DNA of 64,000 nt from Octopus vulgaris (lineage: Eukaryota). Below are positions 44,150 to 56,544 of this stretch, one piece after another. The notes below the pieces were generated by a model. The model was not told the DNA's origin. It searched no databases and saw nothing but the letters and a program-made list of their open reading frames with translations. The stretch lies in NCBI GenBank assembly GCA_951406725.2, contig OX597832.1, forward strand, positions 69,874,001 through 69,938,000, read 5' to 3'. The translations under genes and the position numbers were made by a program. Numbering within the stretch: position 1 is the first letter of the stretch; every line of letters begins with the position of its first letter.

Positions 44150-46090
44150 AAGAGAAAACCAGTATTCTGCAGTATTCCTGAATTTGATAAGCCTACCATT
44201 TGCAACATAAATGCACGTGACTGTTGAGGGCAGAAGACCGAGGTGTCACCTGTGCATGGTGACATTCATGCCAAAATCATCACTACCTCCAGCGCCGCCG
44301 CCGCCACCACTACCATCACCACCACTACTAGCAAAACCTAATCCACACTCACACAACAGTTTGGTCAGAAACCCTAACACGAACAACATTTAAACATCAT
44401 CAACTACATTGCCACGAACACAGCTATGAAAGAACTAATGGAATACATACACAACTATACTCATCACATTTCATCATATCGCAACCTACGCACAAAAATC
44501 ACACAAATAGCATAAAACACAGAGAACACATTAAGAAAAGAAATAACCGGACAGGGAAGAAAATTTTGTGAAAAACGTTGAGAGAAAAACTTGCAAAGAA
44601 CTACTTGTGGAAAAGCTAATATATAACCAGAGGGTTGTAACGCCTATCCCCGTTCCTCATAAAACTGCTCTATGTATCTCTCTCCTCTTCTCCCACTATT
44701 TCATTGTCCAACATGACCTTGCTCAGAAAAGGCAATATAGCTATACGTAGCACGGGTCACCTTGAAGTCACCTACTCAGTGACCTCGGGCCACAAAGTTT
44801 AGATTTCGTGGCTATCAGTGATGTCATACTCTCCAACCGACAATTTTTCATACTCATTTCTGCGGGATACGAGATTTACATATCTCCATGATAACGCGGA
44901 ATGGGTGGTGTAGTACTGGAGTGGTCTTAATCAATATAAGGGTCATCGTCCTGTATCGAAAAGGTAAGTTACTGGTCCTGCGCTTGAACAGTAGCGCCGG
45001 GCGAGCTTTCAGACGAGTGACTCTTTATGTTCCGACAGAAAGAGAAGAGCTGGATTTTTTCAGATATCTGGAAGTTCTCCTGAGAACGTCTCGACCTTTA
45101 GTGTTAATGGGTGACCGGGATGCCATCTTGAGCGCACGCTTAGATTGGTGGGCATCGACAAAACACATCGGGCACTCTTAGTTGTATGAAGATAGATGAA
45201 CCTATAGGCCACCAGCTAAGGATAGTATAATTAGTCCAATTTTTAAAACCTACTGCTACATAGAACACGAATTTGCGAACTTCACAGTCGACTTCGATAG
45301 ATTTAGTACGCAGGAACCCGGTTACTGGAAGCTGCACGCATCAGGCCCAGCGTGCCAAATTTACAGAGACCAAATTAGCAAATTAGATGGGGTCCATCAA
45401 CAACAAATGGAGTTCTGCTTGAAAAGGGCAATTAGAATAGAATCAGTAAGTTTTATAAATGAATATTCTGCAAGTCCATAAAATGAGAATGGATAATTGG
45501 TCAGAATTCAAATTTTAGCCTAGGTTGATAGTAGAAATTGTGGTGTTAGTAATCGAAGAAATGATTGGTGATGCAGAAATGAGCGCCACCCCAAGCAGAC
45601 ACAAAACAACAACATCCACCTCATGCGGTACAAGATGGTCAAAGAAGTTAGCATAGGTTGGGATCCGATCAGTCTAACGCTTTCGACAAGGTCAACTATA
45701 ATACTTGATGGCCGTTCTCCTGCCGGCCGGCAATATACAGCGATATCTGCTCGGTAGTTCCGGTGAATGTTTATCGACCATAACCATTCGGCATCTTGCT
45801 CTGGGTCGGTGAAGGGTGTCTTTTCTCGTCTCTTTTGTATGTACTGGTTCTATAGCCACTGCTGCGGAAATTGGAGGCATTGAGAGGCGTCCTGTGTAAA
45901 GTAGGATGTGGAAGAACTCTGCTGCCATACGCAGACGGCCTCTCCGTTAATATGTCGAATGCCAGTTACTTAGACCTGGTTGGTACTTCTCTAAAAACAC
46001 ATGAGGTAGCAACAGGACCAATACTTAACCAAGGAAAATTAGGGGGTTTGAGGCACGGGACATGGAGAGGCATATCCACGCCGTCCAATA
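44150..46090 (+). mobile_element. Heavily decayed Tx1/L1-clade LINE
   Basis: Colinear fragments matching the 46.7 kb element: VTVEGRRPRCHLC (ORF1), GKLLVL..LVLMGD (APE), PGYWKL, DQSNAFDKV, LLYVLVL*PLLRKLE, YADG, GLRHGTWR. Confidence 0.8.
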
Positions 46091-46435
46091 ACGACATTAT
46101 ATATATATACATAATTCTTATACAAGTAAAAAAATGTTGTTCACAGTGTACTGTATAATTCGTATACAGTACAAGAATATTGTTCACAAATTTTCGGTCA
46201 GCTAAGCAACAGTCAACAATATTCTTGTATAAGAATGATAAATTTGTACGCTACTAAACTATATAGTAACCCATCGGATTGATGTAAAATTGTTTTATTA
46301 TAACGTAAAGTGTACTAGCCATCTGAATGTGGCTAGCCACTGGGGGTGGAATGTTACTGATGCTTTTAGCCCCAGGAGATCAACGTCACCAGCTGGCCTT
46401 AGACAGGTCATCCTCCCTCGAAAACCTAAGTGATA

Positions 46436-46480
46436 CATACGGACTATAGTTTCAAGGTAATTGCCTCTCGTCAACGCATG
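46436..46480 (-). ncRNA. Type I hammerhead ribozyme (inverted, uninterrupted copy)
   Basis: Reverse complement CATGCG-TTGACGA-GAGG(CAATTA)CCTT-GAAA-CTATAG-TC-CGTATG, with a long stem I extension spanning 46405-46510. Confidence 0.8.
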
Positions 46481-46978
46481 GTAAACACCGGTTTTCGATG
46501 AAGGAGACTTTTACAAATTTAGAAAAACTGATGGCTAGTACACTTTACGTTGTCGAGCGGTTACTGTTTATATCTCGTTCAAGGATTTATTAATGCTTTC
46601 AGACAATTTTTCTAAATCAGTGACAGTGGTTGCTGTGAAAAACGTTAAATATTATTATTTGTAAAGGTCTCCTTCATCGAAAACCGGTGACTTTTGAATT
46701 TTTCCTCGGAAGTATACCAAATATTTTTCTGTTGCTGCAAATCGTTGTGCGAGTTCGTTTCCGTTTGTCTACTTTGTCGTGTTACACGTAATATCATTGT
46801 TGAACTGTTTTTGACCCAGTAAATTTCGCCCTTCCGGGTAGAAAATTTCTGTGTGTTTTTTTGTGTGAACTCTTAACCTGTATAGGTTATTTTTGAAAAA
46901 AATTCTCTTGTCATTTGTGACAAGTTTGTGTTGTCTAATATGGAATTAGACTTAAGTTCATAAAAAGACTTTCCCGAC

Positions 46979-48458
46979 ATGGGAGAAAGTATAACAACTG
47001 TTAAACAAAAGGAAACACAGGCAAAACCCAGTTTTTCAGACGCCGTAGGTGGCGAAGTCGAAGAAATGGAAGTGTCAATGGAAAGACTATTCAAGTTCAG
47101 ACCGCTGGTGCAAAAAAGTGGTGAAGAAACACGATTGGTACCGCCCCCCGAAACTATACAGGCAATAAAGTAAAAAATGGTCACCTACAAGGTGTACAAT
47201 ATTAAAGAAAAACGAATGACCGACGTAAAAAACGAAATGGTCGAAAAGTGTATGGCTCCAATATGGAGTAAAGTTAGTCATGTCAACCGAGGTGCAAGAA
47301 GCGCTACAGTGGAGGCGCATTTTGAGACGGTGGAAGTAGCAAGGCAAATTTCGACACAAACGTTGAAAAACGAGAATATAATACTGCTACCCTTATATTT
47401 AGGATGCAGAACCGCAAAAGTGTCCCTAGAAGATATACCAACGGGCTACGACGTGATGTGGGCGGCAACAGCGGTCATTTTTGATGTTGAATCAAAATTG
47501 ACAATGTTGAGTATGAAGAGGAAAATTGCAAAACACTGGAGAGGCCAGCAGCTGGAGATGATAATCCAGGCGGAAAATGCGACGTTGGAAAGCCTACCAG
47601 ACAGAGTCTTCGTGGGGGAGGGGCAATCCATACGAGTTTCGGTGGAAGGACGCAGGCCCAGATGTTTTAAGTGCGGGCAAAAGGGCCAAGTTCGCTCCGT
47701 TTGCACAAAAAAAAATAATACGGGCAACGCCCCCCCACACACACACACAAAACGCTGTGAAGAACGCAGAAAGCAGCAAAGTGGAGAACAAAGTAACGGC
47801 TGGCGAAAGCAAAGAGGAAAAAATAAACAGGTCGAACTCCAAAAAGGAGGAAGACAAGAACGAAAAGCAAAATGAGAAAGGAAAGGAGGAGGAAATTAAT
47901 GCAACAAAAACAAATATACAAGAGGACATGGAATTCACGAACGTGTCGAATAAAAGGAAAAAATCCATCACCCCTGACTCCCCACCCGTATCAAAAAAAA
48001 AAAACAACGCAGTCGAACAAATTAAAAATATTCTCCAATCCCACTCCGGCGGTACTACACTTATAGGCCAGCACTTTAACAAACCCCACCCCCCAACTGT
48101 AAAAGGGTTTAAACCCAATGAAAAAATTATTGCATACACCACAAAGAACGTGAGAGTATCAACATGGGTGCAAGTAAGTACGCTGATCAGGTGCTACAAA
48201 GCGACCGAGAAGGAAGCGGAGTGGCGATATGGAAGGGTCGGCGAAGAAGGATGGAAAGACAAAACCTTACAAAGCCACGTAAAAGCTGGCTTCATTAAGG
48301 ATGTCACCCATGAGGTGATAACTGGGAAGTTACACGTCAGCCCGGCAGCCACACCAACCCAGAGCCCGGTGGCAACGCCGGTGAAACACCCAGCAGCAAC
48401 GGCGAGTGGGGGGGAGACAGGCAGAAAGAATCTGTCAGGCTCCCTCTCGCAACCGTGA
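46979..48458 (+). pseudogene. LINE ORF1 (gag-like, zinc knuckle) with an in-frame stop at 47171 and a frameshift near 47710-47750
   Basis: ORFs 46979-47173, 47177-47875 and 47577-48458. IRVSVEGRRPRCFKCGQKGQVRSVC is a CCHC motif with H changed to Q. Confidence 0.85.
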
Positions 48459-48480
48459 GTAAATAATTTTCTTTTTCTCG

Positions 48481-51400
48481 ATGATTAAGTTAGGTTGTAT
48501 AAATGTGCGTGGAATGGGATCGAAATGGAAACAGGCTTGTTTTCGGGACGACCTCATTTCACATAGAATCGATGTGGCTATTGTTACCGAGTCCAAGATG
48601 AAAGGACCCCAAGCGTTCTCACCACTTCTCAATGGTTACGAGAAATTTATTTCTCCTAGCCGGGAGGGAGGTGCAGGCGTGGCAGTTCTTTTCAGGAAGA
48701 ACTTGGACTTACAGGTAAGTACTGTCTTTTTGGACCCAGAAGGTAGGCTGGTTGTCCTAGATGTGACGCACGTGAGTAAGCAGTCTTTCAGGTTTGTGGC
48801 TGTCTACGCTCCTAATGGACGTGGGCAGACCGGTTTTTTCGGGAACTGGAGCACTTTCTAGTGACGTCCAAAACGGTAGTCTTGGTAGGGGATTTCAACA
48901 CCATTTTCGATGCGCGGGTGGATGGTGTAGGCTCGAGCGATAGGAAGGGGAATCCTGGCCTCAAGGCTCTACTAGCGAGCTTTAATCTAGTAGACCGTTT
49001 TCGACTGGATGAGCCGAACGTTCCACAGTGGACGTGGAGTAATAACGACGGCTCACGCAGATCGTACATAGATAGAATATTTGTTAAGGAACGAGATAGG
49101 AATAGTGTTAGCTGTCCACAATTCTCTGTTGTGCCTTACACGGATCACAAACTTGTAACGTGTGAGGTACATGTAGATAAATGCCATAGACAAGGTCCCG
49201 GGTACTGGAAGATGAACAAGTCTATTTTGACCTGTGAAGCTTTCCGTACCCGGATTAAGGAATTAGTACAGAGGGCATTATGTGGCACCATCATTAATAA
49301 TAGATGGTGGCTCGCCCTCAAAAGAGCCATCCGTGTGGAGTCCATTAGATTTAGCAAGCAGCTAAGTTTAGATAGGACTAGAATAGAGGGCGAATTAGTT
49401 AAGAACTTAGACGAGGCTATGGAATCTGGCTGTGCATCCGGAGTGTTGGCAGCGAGAGCGGTATTGTACCGTCACCTCAACGCCAAGCACGAGGGGTGTA
49501 GAGTCAGAGCTAAGTTACGTGCAGGAAAACGAGAAGGTATTAACGTTGCCGGATGGGCCCGTCGTGAGGAGAGTCAGAAGGGCAAAAAGTCCTGTATTAT
49601 GTCCTTAACTGACGAACAGGACCGCAAGATCTATGGACAGGAGGAGATGCAGAAGGTCCTTCACCAGCATTTCGCACGGCTGTTTGGGGACGGTGGTCCG
49701 CTCGAGCGTGGGGAGACCTTAAAGGACTTCCTAGCTGGTGGGCCTCGGCTCTCGACAGGTGAGGCGGAGTGCTGTGAAGGATCGATCTCTCCCGCAGAGG
49801 TAAGAGGGGTTATGGCCGAGTGCGCCGGGGAAAAGTCGCCGGGATTGGATGGTCTACCCTATGAATTTTATTGTTGTATGCCGGACTTGTTCGGGGACAT
49901 ACTGGCAAGCGTCTATGCAAACTGGCAACAGAATGGGAGGATTCCCAGCTCTGTGAGTCGGGGAGTTGTGACGCTGGTCCAGAAAGACCCGAGCAAGGGG
50001 GACAGTATTAGTAATTACAGGCCCATAACTCTACTTAATGTAGAGTTTAAGATTTAGGCCAAGGTGTTAGCAAAAAGGTTGACGGCTGTCGTGGAGAAAC
50101 TTGTCGGGAAGGCACAGACATGTGCAATCCCAGGCAGGTCGATCCAGGATAATCTTCACCTTCTCCGCTACACTATAGATAGGGTCGGGAAATTAGACGG
50201 CAAAGGAGGGACATTGGTCCATTTAGACCAAAGTAAAGCGTTTGATAGGGTAGACCATCGGTACTTGGCGGCGGTTCTCGAAGCGGCTGGGCTGGGCCCT
50301 GGCTTCTGCGGGTGGATCTCAGCTATGTACAGCGGCATCAAGTCCACAGTCCAGATAAACGGTTACCTAACGGAGCCGTTTTCGATCAAGCGTTCAGTTC
50401 GTCAAGGGTGCCCCTTGTCCCCGCTCCTGTATGTTTTGGCTCTTGAGCCATTGCTGCGGAAGCTGGAGAAGTTGGGAGGCAACCCTAATGAAATCGGATG
50501 CGGTAAGTCTGTTTCTGCCTATGTGGATGACGTCACCCTCATCGTGTCCAACGGAACACAGCTACCTCGGGTAGTAGGTGCTCTCCATAGATACGAAGCG
50601 GTGGCAGGGGCAAAAGTTAACAGGGACAAGTCCATCGGTTTGCGCCTCGGCACCTGGAGGAACAAGCCGATACCGCCCAGTGTTGTTGGACACTGGACGG
50701 ATGGTCCTGTTAAATTGCTCGGAGTCTGGTTTGGTCCAGACTCCCAGACGGAGAAGAATTGGAGCGAGGTAACGAGCAAGGTGGATGCCATAGTACGGAA
50801 GTGGTCCGGAAGGCATCTTTCCTTGAAAGGGAGGGCGGAGGTGGCACAGATGTTTATAGCCTCTGTCGTCACCTACCGCCTGACCGTCGTGCCTTGCCCC
50901 GATTCGTGGTTAAACAAGTTGGAACGACTCCTTTTCCGCTTTTTGTGGAAAGGAGGAAAGCCACTTGTGAGACGCTCCGTGTGTTGCCAGGAACCGCTAA
51001 AGGGTGGACTGGGGATGCCTTGGCTAATGATGCGCAAGCATGCGTTGAGGCTGAGACACCTCTGGTGTTACCTGGAGGATGATAAGGTGTGGAGTTCGCT
51101 GGCTGAGGAATTCTTCCCGCGACTGGCCTCTATGGAGGGATTTACACCCGGTCTCATTAAAGGACGTAAACTGACTTCATGGCAGAAGGAGTGCCGACAG
51201 GCACTCTGGCTGATCCACAAGATGGGTAAGGCCGGCAGCGGGAATACCACCTCGGTGTTCTATAAAGGGTTGGTAGAGTGAAAAAATGACGACGTCCTAG
51301 GAAGGGCTCTGGCGTTCGATGAGGATCAACTCTCCAACCTGTTTAAGAAGACTTTCAGGTCAGGGTATTTGGATAATTACCAAAAATCCCTGACCTGGCA

Positions 51401-51869
51401 GTGCTATAGGAATGCATTACCTGTGCGCGAGAAGTTATTCAGGCACGGAATGTCAGTGCCACCGACGTGTCCAAGATGTGGGTTGGACGATGAAACCGTT
51501 CAACACGCTTTTGTACAATGTCGGGAGCTGTCAGGCTTGATAAGTTACGTTGAACACGTGTTGTCGCATCTGGGACGAGTACAGCTGTCGGCTGGATCTA
51601 TGATTAAGATGATACCGCCAACTGGACTCTCAAAGGAAGGTAAGGCTTGTTTTTACTGTACGGTGGCAGTATTGAAAGAGTGTGTATGGAGAACTAGAGT
51701 GGAAGGTCTAGTGAAAGGGTCCTTTATCTCTGGCCCCGGTTTGTTAAAATACTTCGGATATCATCTGAAGAGCAAGATGGGGTTGGAGAAGAGGAGCCTG
51801 CCACAGCAAGAGTAAATGGAACGTTGGAAGGATGTGATGAGAAAGGTGGGTGAGAGTAACCCAGCTTAA
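48481..51869 (+). pseudogene. LINE ORF2: APE endonuclease, reverse transcriptase and zf-RVT, with one frameshift and three premature stops
   Basis: CINVRG, GVAVLF, VYAP, VGDFN, SYIDRIFV, TDHK, GYWK, KSPGLDGLPYEFY, NYRPITLLN, LDQSKAFDRV, VRQGCPLSPLLY, AYVDD, CPRC..ETVQHAFVQC. Confidence 0.95.
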
Positions 51870-52247
51870 TCATCGAGGAAAGGAAAAATCAGCTGCTGGG
51901 ATTTATAGGCTGCCGGGTTCAAAATTGAAACTGGTACCTCCCATTACCTTTCACTGTACATAACTGTTTAAAATAAAGAATTAATATTAAAAAAATAAAA
52001 GAAAAGAAAAGAAAACATACGCACTAAAAGTTCTCGTGATAAAGGCAAAAGTAAGCCAAGGTTTCGTTTCAAGGCAAAGTAAGCCAAGTTTTCGTTCAAG
52101 TTACATAAAATTTTATTTTTGTAATTTTTATAATTTCATTCGAACTCGCATAGCATTTTTGTAATTGTTTTGTCCTGTAATGTACCCATTCTATGTTAGA
52201 TCTATTGATCATAATAAAGATAACCTTCATCGAAAACCTGTGTTTAC

Positions 52248-52292
52248 CATGCGTTGACGAGAGGCAATTACCTTGAAACTATAGTCCGTATG
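52248..52292 (+). ncRNA. Type I hammerhead ribozyme immediately 3' of the Tx1 LINE
   Basis: catgcg ttgacga gagg caatta cctt gaaa ctatag tc cgtatg. GUC site, palindromic stem III (ACTATAGT), stem I extends through the TSD (52224-52323). Confidence 0.8.
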
Positions 52293-54428
52293 TATCACTT
52301 GGGTTTTCGAGGGAGGATGACCTCCCTTTGCAAATAACACAAGGGCACTGAAATTTTGTGTCTAAGGCCAGCTGGTGACGTTGATCCCCTGGGGCTAAAA
52401 GCATCAGTAACATTCCACCCCCAATGGCTAGCCACATTCAGATGGCTAGAACACTTTACGTTGTCGAGCGGTTACTGTTTATACCTCGTTCAGAGATTTA
52501 TTAATGCTTTGTTTTATTATAATTGAACATAAAAACTAACATTGATATATGTATGTGTGTGAATGTATGTATTTATGAAGGGTTCTTTTCACTTCCTGTC
52601 TACTAGATTGACTCAAAATGCATTGGTCAGTCTGTGAGTGTATTAGAAGGACGTTTCTGAAGCTGCCAAAGGCTATGGGAATAAATCTGTAACCACACGG
52701 TTCCAATGCGAAAATTTTCTGCAGATTCAATGCAAAAATGCACAATATTTACTCCAGTATGTTTTGAACACAGAACGTGAAACCCTAGAATAAACACCAC
52801 CAGGCATTTTCCGATGCTTTAATGACCTGAAAGTAATTCGAAGAAAAACTCTGACAATACACAGAAAAAATTCATAAAATATTTGCGTCTATTATTGTTC
52901 ATGTTTTTGTATTTCTTCAAAGGATTCAATACTAAAACGTGTACAAAATAACAATTCAAAAACACTAACTCGATTATTTCTGCTAAAAAGAGATATAACA
53001 TGTTAGAAATCGCTCATGTTTTATGCATGTATATAAAATATAGGTTATTAAATAATATTAAGTGTTTCAATACTTGGCTTTTCACATTAGAAAACTGAAA
53101 ATGTCCATAGATATTATGGGAGTCATTTTCTCTCTTATTAAGCAGATAGCAACAGGTTTGTGACTATATACAAACATATGCAAATTATACTATCGGAACT
53201 GAGAATAGTAACGTTTACGAATGCAGATATGTACATACATACATACATACATACATACATACATACATACATACATACATACATACATACATACATACAT
53301 ACAAGTTCATTCCATCCCACATCCAAGGATATCTTTACGCAGTTCTGTTCAGGAAAAAGAAAAACTCTACAAATACCTACTGCACAAAAGAGGAAGGTCA
53401 ACAGTTCACATTAAATGTAGGCTGAGCAAAGATAGATTGAAAATGCTAGCCACATCACCTCCAACTGTGAAAGAATGTCTTCTCTTTATTAACTCCTCGT
53501 GAGACATGCTGAAACAATGAGATGCACAAGCAGAGAGGTAACCACAGCGATGACACTCTGCACACAGCCTCATGAAGTTCACAAGTAGTTCTCACTGCCA
53601 CGCAGCTGTGTGCTGCCATCTCTTGGCTCGATACAGAACTAGTCCGGGAACTTTATGATACTCTCTTGTACAATCAAGTAGAGGGGAATACTTTGAGACT
53701 GGTGAGCCAAATACATCCTAGTGGAACGTAAAACTAAAAACTCCCACCAAAATTAAACAAAATCGGTCTAATAGTGTTGTTTGGGATGAAACATTAAAAT
53801 CGTGCTCTGACATAAAAATCAGCTGCCAACAATGATGTCAGTGTGGTAAGAAAAATGCAAGAGAAGGAGGATGTCTAAAAAAACTATTGATTAGAAGTTT
53901 GCAGATCCAGCATCCAAGACACCTGTTAGAACTACATGTTATATACCAACCCGCAAGGACCAAGGCATAGATTTATGGAGAAAGGATATCGGCCCTTAAT
54001 TCATAACATATAAATGGCCGCCTACACAAGCAATAACAATTACCTTTTCTTTACAATCTTGCCGCTGGGAAGGCGGCCGATTGAAAATAAACTAGAATTT
54101 AAAATCGTGAACATGCATAAATACATACATACATACATACATACACACACACGCACACACGTATGCACAAATACACACGCAGACACCACACACACATATA
54201 TATGTATATATACATGACCGGACTCTTTCAGTGACAGGGCTTTGGTCGACCTGATGTTATCGTAGCCCAGAGTGACACGCTATGAGACCGAACCCGGAAA
54301 AATGTGGTTGTGAGGCAAACTTCTCCCCACACAACCGCGTCTGCGATTATACATAACGAATCTGCGTGTGTGTGTGTGTGTGTGAGTATGCATACTTTAT
54401 ATACTTCTACGAATGTGTGCACATGTAC

Positions 54429-54459
<31 letters not shown>

Positions 54460-54589
54460 TGTATGTATGTATGTATGTATGTATGTATGTATATGTTTTG
54501 ATGATTCTTCAAAATGTTTGATTCTACTAAACTCGTTTAATTACTTACAAGAGGGATTCGATCACATGAGAGTATATAGATTTCAAATT

Positions 54590-54762
54590 TTGGCACAAGG
54601 CCAGAAATTTCGTGGGTGAGGGTAAATCGATTACATCAACCCCTGTGACCAACTGGTGCTCATTTCATCGATCCAGAAAAGATGAAAGGTAAAGTTTACC
54701 TCTACTGAATTTGAACTGAGAGCCTAAAGACTGACGAACGTCGGTTAAGCATGTTGCCGCCT
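54590..54762 (-). mobile_element. Diverged tRNA-derived SINE (Nin-like family)
   Basis: Homologous to 9647-9845. Confidence 0.7.
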
Positions 54763-55007
54763 CACATAAAGGAATATATTGAGAACAAATTCGGAACTAG
54801 CTGGAATGCATGGGATTATATCTGCTGTTGGCTACCTTTCAGTAAGGTATTTGATTTTGGTTCTCTTTACGTAGATTTAAGAAGGAAAAAAAGCACTGTA
54901 AATAAAAGAAAGGAAGAAGACAGGTGAGAGAAGTAAATGCAAATTAATTGAAATATATGGTATCGGAAAAGGCGGGATAGACATGTAAGGATTGTTAAGG
55001 ACAATAA

Positions 55008-56167
55008 CACTGTGCAACAAATTTCAGGTTAGAAAAATTTACCAGTTAAGTAAGACTTGTTTCTGGGTCAAACGATTGTCCTGATTCTGATTCTAACCTT
55101 TATTTCTCCAGATTAGGCACAGTTTTCTGTACCATGAACCATTGCGTAGCAGAACAGCTTTGATGTTGTTCTTGGATGCATCTATGAAAAGTCGCCAGTT
55201 GATTTTATTATATGGTATTTCCAGTTGCTCAACAAGTTCAGTGATGTCATTACAAAAGCATAAGTCATCCTTCATGGCGAATAATGCAAACAGATCCTCT
55301 TTTCTCTTTCTGTACAGTGTTATCTTCACTCCTTTCTCAAGAAGATTACGTTCTTGAAACCTTGATGCCAGAAACTCACTTTTCTCTTTGGTTAAATAAA
55401 GATCCCTGCACAAGTCATTTAGAGCCTCTTGAGAAAATGGTATTGGTTTATTCTCGCTTTCTGGATCATTGGGCTCCACACATTCACCACTGGAATGTTC
55501 ATCAGCACTGCTGGAACTTTGTATTTCTTGATCTGGAGATTTGGGCACAGGTAAATTTTCTCAGTGCTCTACAGGGCGCATTGCTGATTGCAAATTTGGG
55601 TAAAAAATATGTTTCTTTTTCTTTGCTGTAGTACAGCCTGTAAAATCATGGTGACAGAAATAGCAATCATTAGAGTAATCTTTCTGCTGACACCAAATCA
55701 TTGGCACACCAAACATCATGTGAACATTTTTTCCTGTATACCAGGCACTCAATGCCTTCACACATGTAAGGTAACACACATGAGGAGCCCATGACTTATC
55801 CTGGTCTCCTAAATAACGATTGCAATTCGCCTTGTATATCTTCTTGATATGGCGTGTTTCTTTAGCAAAAGTCAATTCCCTACAGATATAAGAGAATCTG
55901 TTTGGATCATTTTTGCACTGTTTTGCACTCATTGTTGAAAACGAATAAGTTTTGAATCATATTGTAGGTGTTACTAAGATTGGTCTCTAGCCCTGGGTTG
56001 AAACCCATTTTACAATGCGGTATAATGACAAAAAGAGTATATAGTGACAATTCTGTAGAAACCATGCCTAATTCAACAAAAAGAAGGCCATAAATGGATT
56101 TCCCACGTCATTTTGCATATAAAAATGGCCATAGATCTCTTGTACTTCTTTTTAGTGTTGCACGGTG
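55008..56167 (-). mobile_element. Internally deleted Chapaev3 (CMC) DNA transposon
   Basis: Terminal inverted repeats CAC(T/C)GTGCAACA at both ends, 3 bp TAA TSD (55005-55007, 56168-56170), transposase N-terminal half inside. Confidence 0.82.
55093..55932 (-). pseudogene. Chapaev3 transposase N-terminal fragment, C-terminal catalytic part deleted
   Basis: CKNDPNRF(S)YIC, GDQDKSWAPHVC, VPMIW..DCYFC, YPNLQSAMRPVEH, FSQEALNDLCRDL, WRLFIDASK..KAVLL.NG. Confidence 0.8.
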
Positions 56168-56507
56168 TAATTAAGGCAGAAAAAGTAGAATAGTTCATAT
56201 ATTTATTAAGAAAAAACATTAATGATGGTCGATGATAGTTTACACGATTAAAGTGTATAAAGTACAAAAGTGTGATAATCAGGACATGACGTAGGAAAAG
56301 TGCGAACATATCAGGAGTAGAATTAGGTCTAAACCTAAATCATTAATATATGGAGTGAAGTATAAAGAGATTCCCCAGAGATAAGACATTTCTTACAAGA
56401 GTGCGTTTTATATTTATAACATAAAGTAAATGGAGAATGCATAACACTATCCGCAAATATGTTCATCGGAAATAGACCTGCATTGTACCGAAAAATAAAG
56501 GAAACGC

Positions 56508-56544
<37 letters not shown>

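Larger units (their letters stand above)
46690..52223 (+). mobile_element. Full-length Tx1/L1-clade LINE with a 19 bp TSD
   Basis: TSD CCTTCATCGAAAACC(G/T)GTG at 46671-46689 and 52224-52242. Contains a 5' UTR, ORF1, ORF2 and a 3' UTR with AATAAA at 52213-52218. Confidence 0.93.
46304..52508 (+). mobile_element. HHR-bearing mini-element (~358 nt monomer, 5' inverted copy, 14 bp TSD), interrupted by the Tx1 LINE
   Basis: TTGTTTTATTATAA at 46290-46303 and 52509-52522. 46302-46518 is the reverse complement of the reconstructed unit. 46530-46599 is directly repeated at 52441-52510. Confidence 0.88.
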
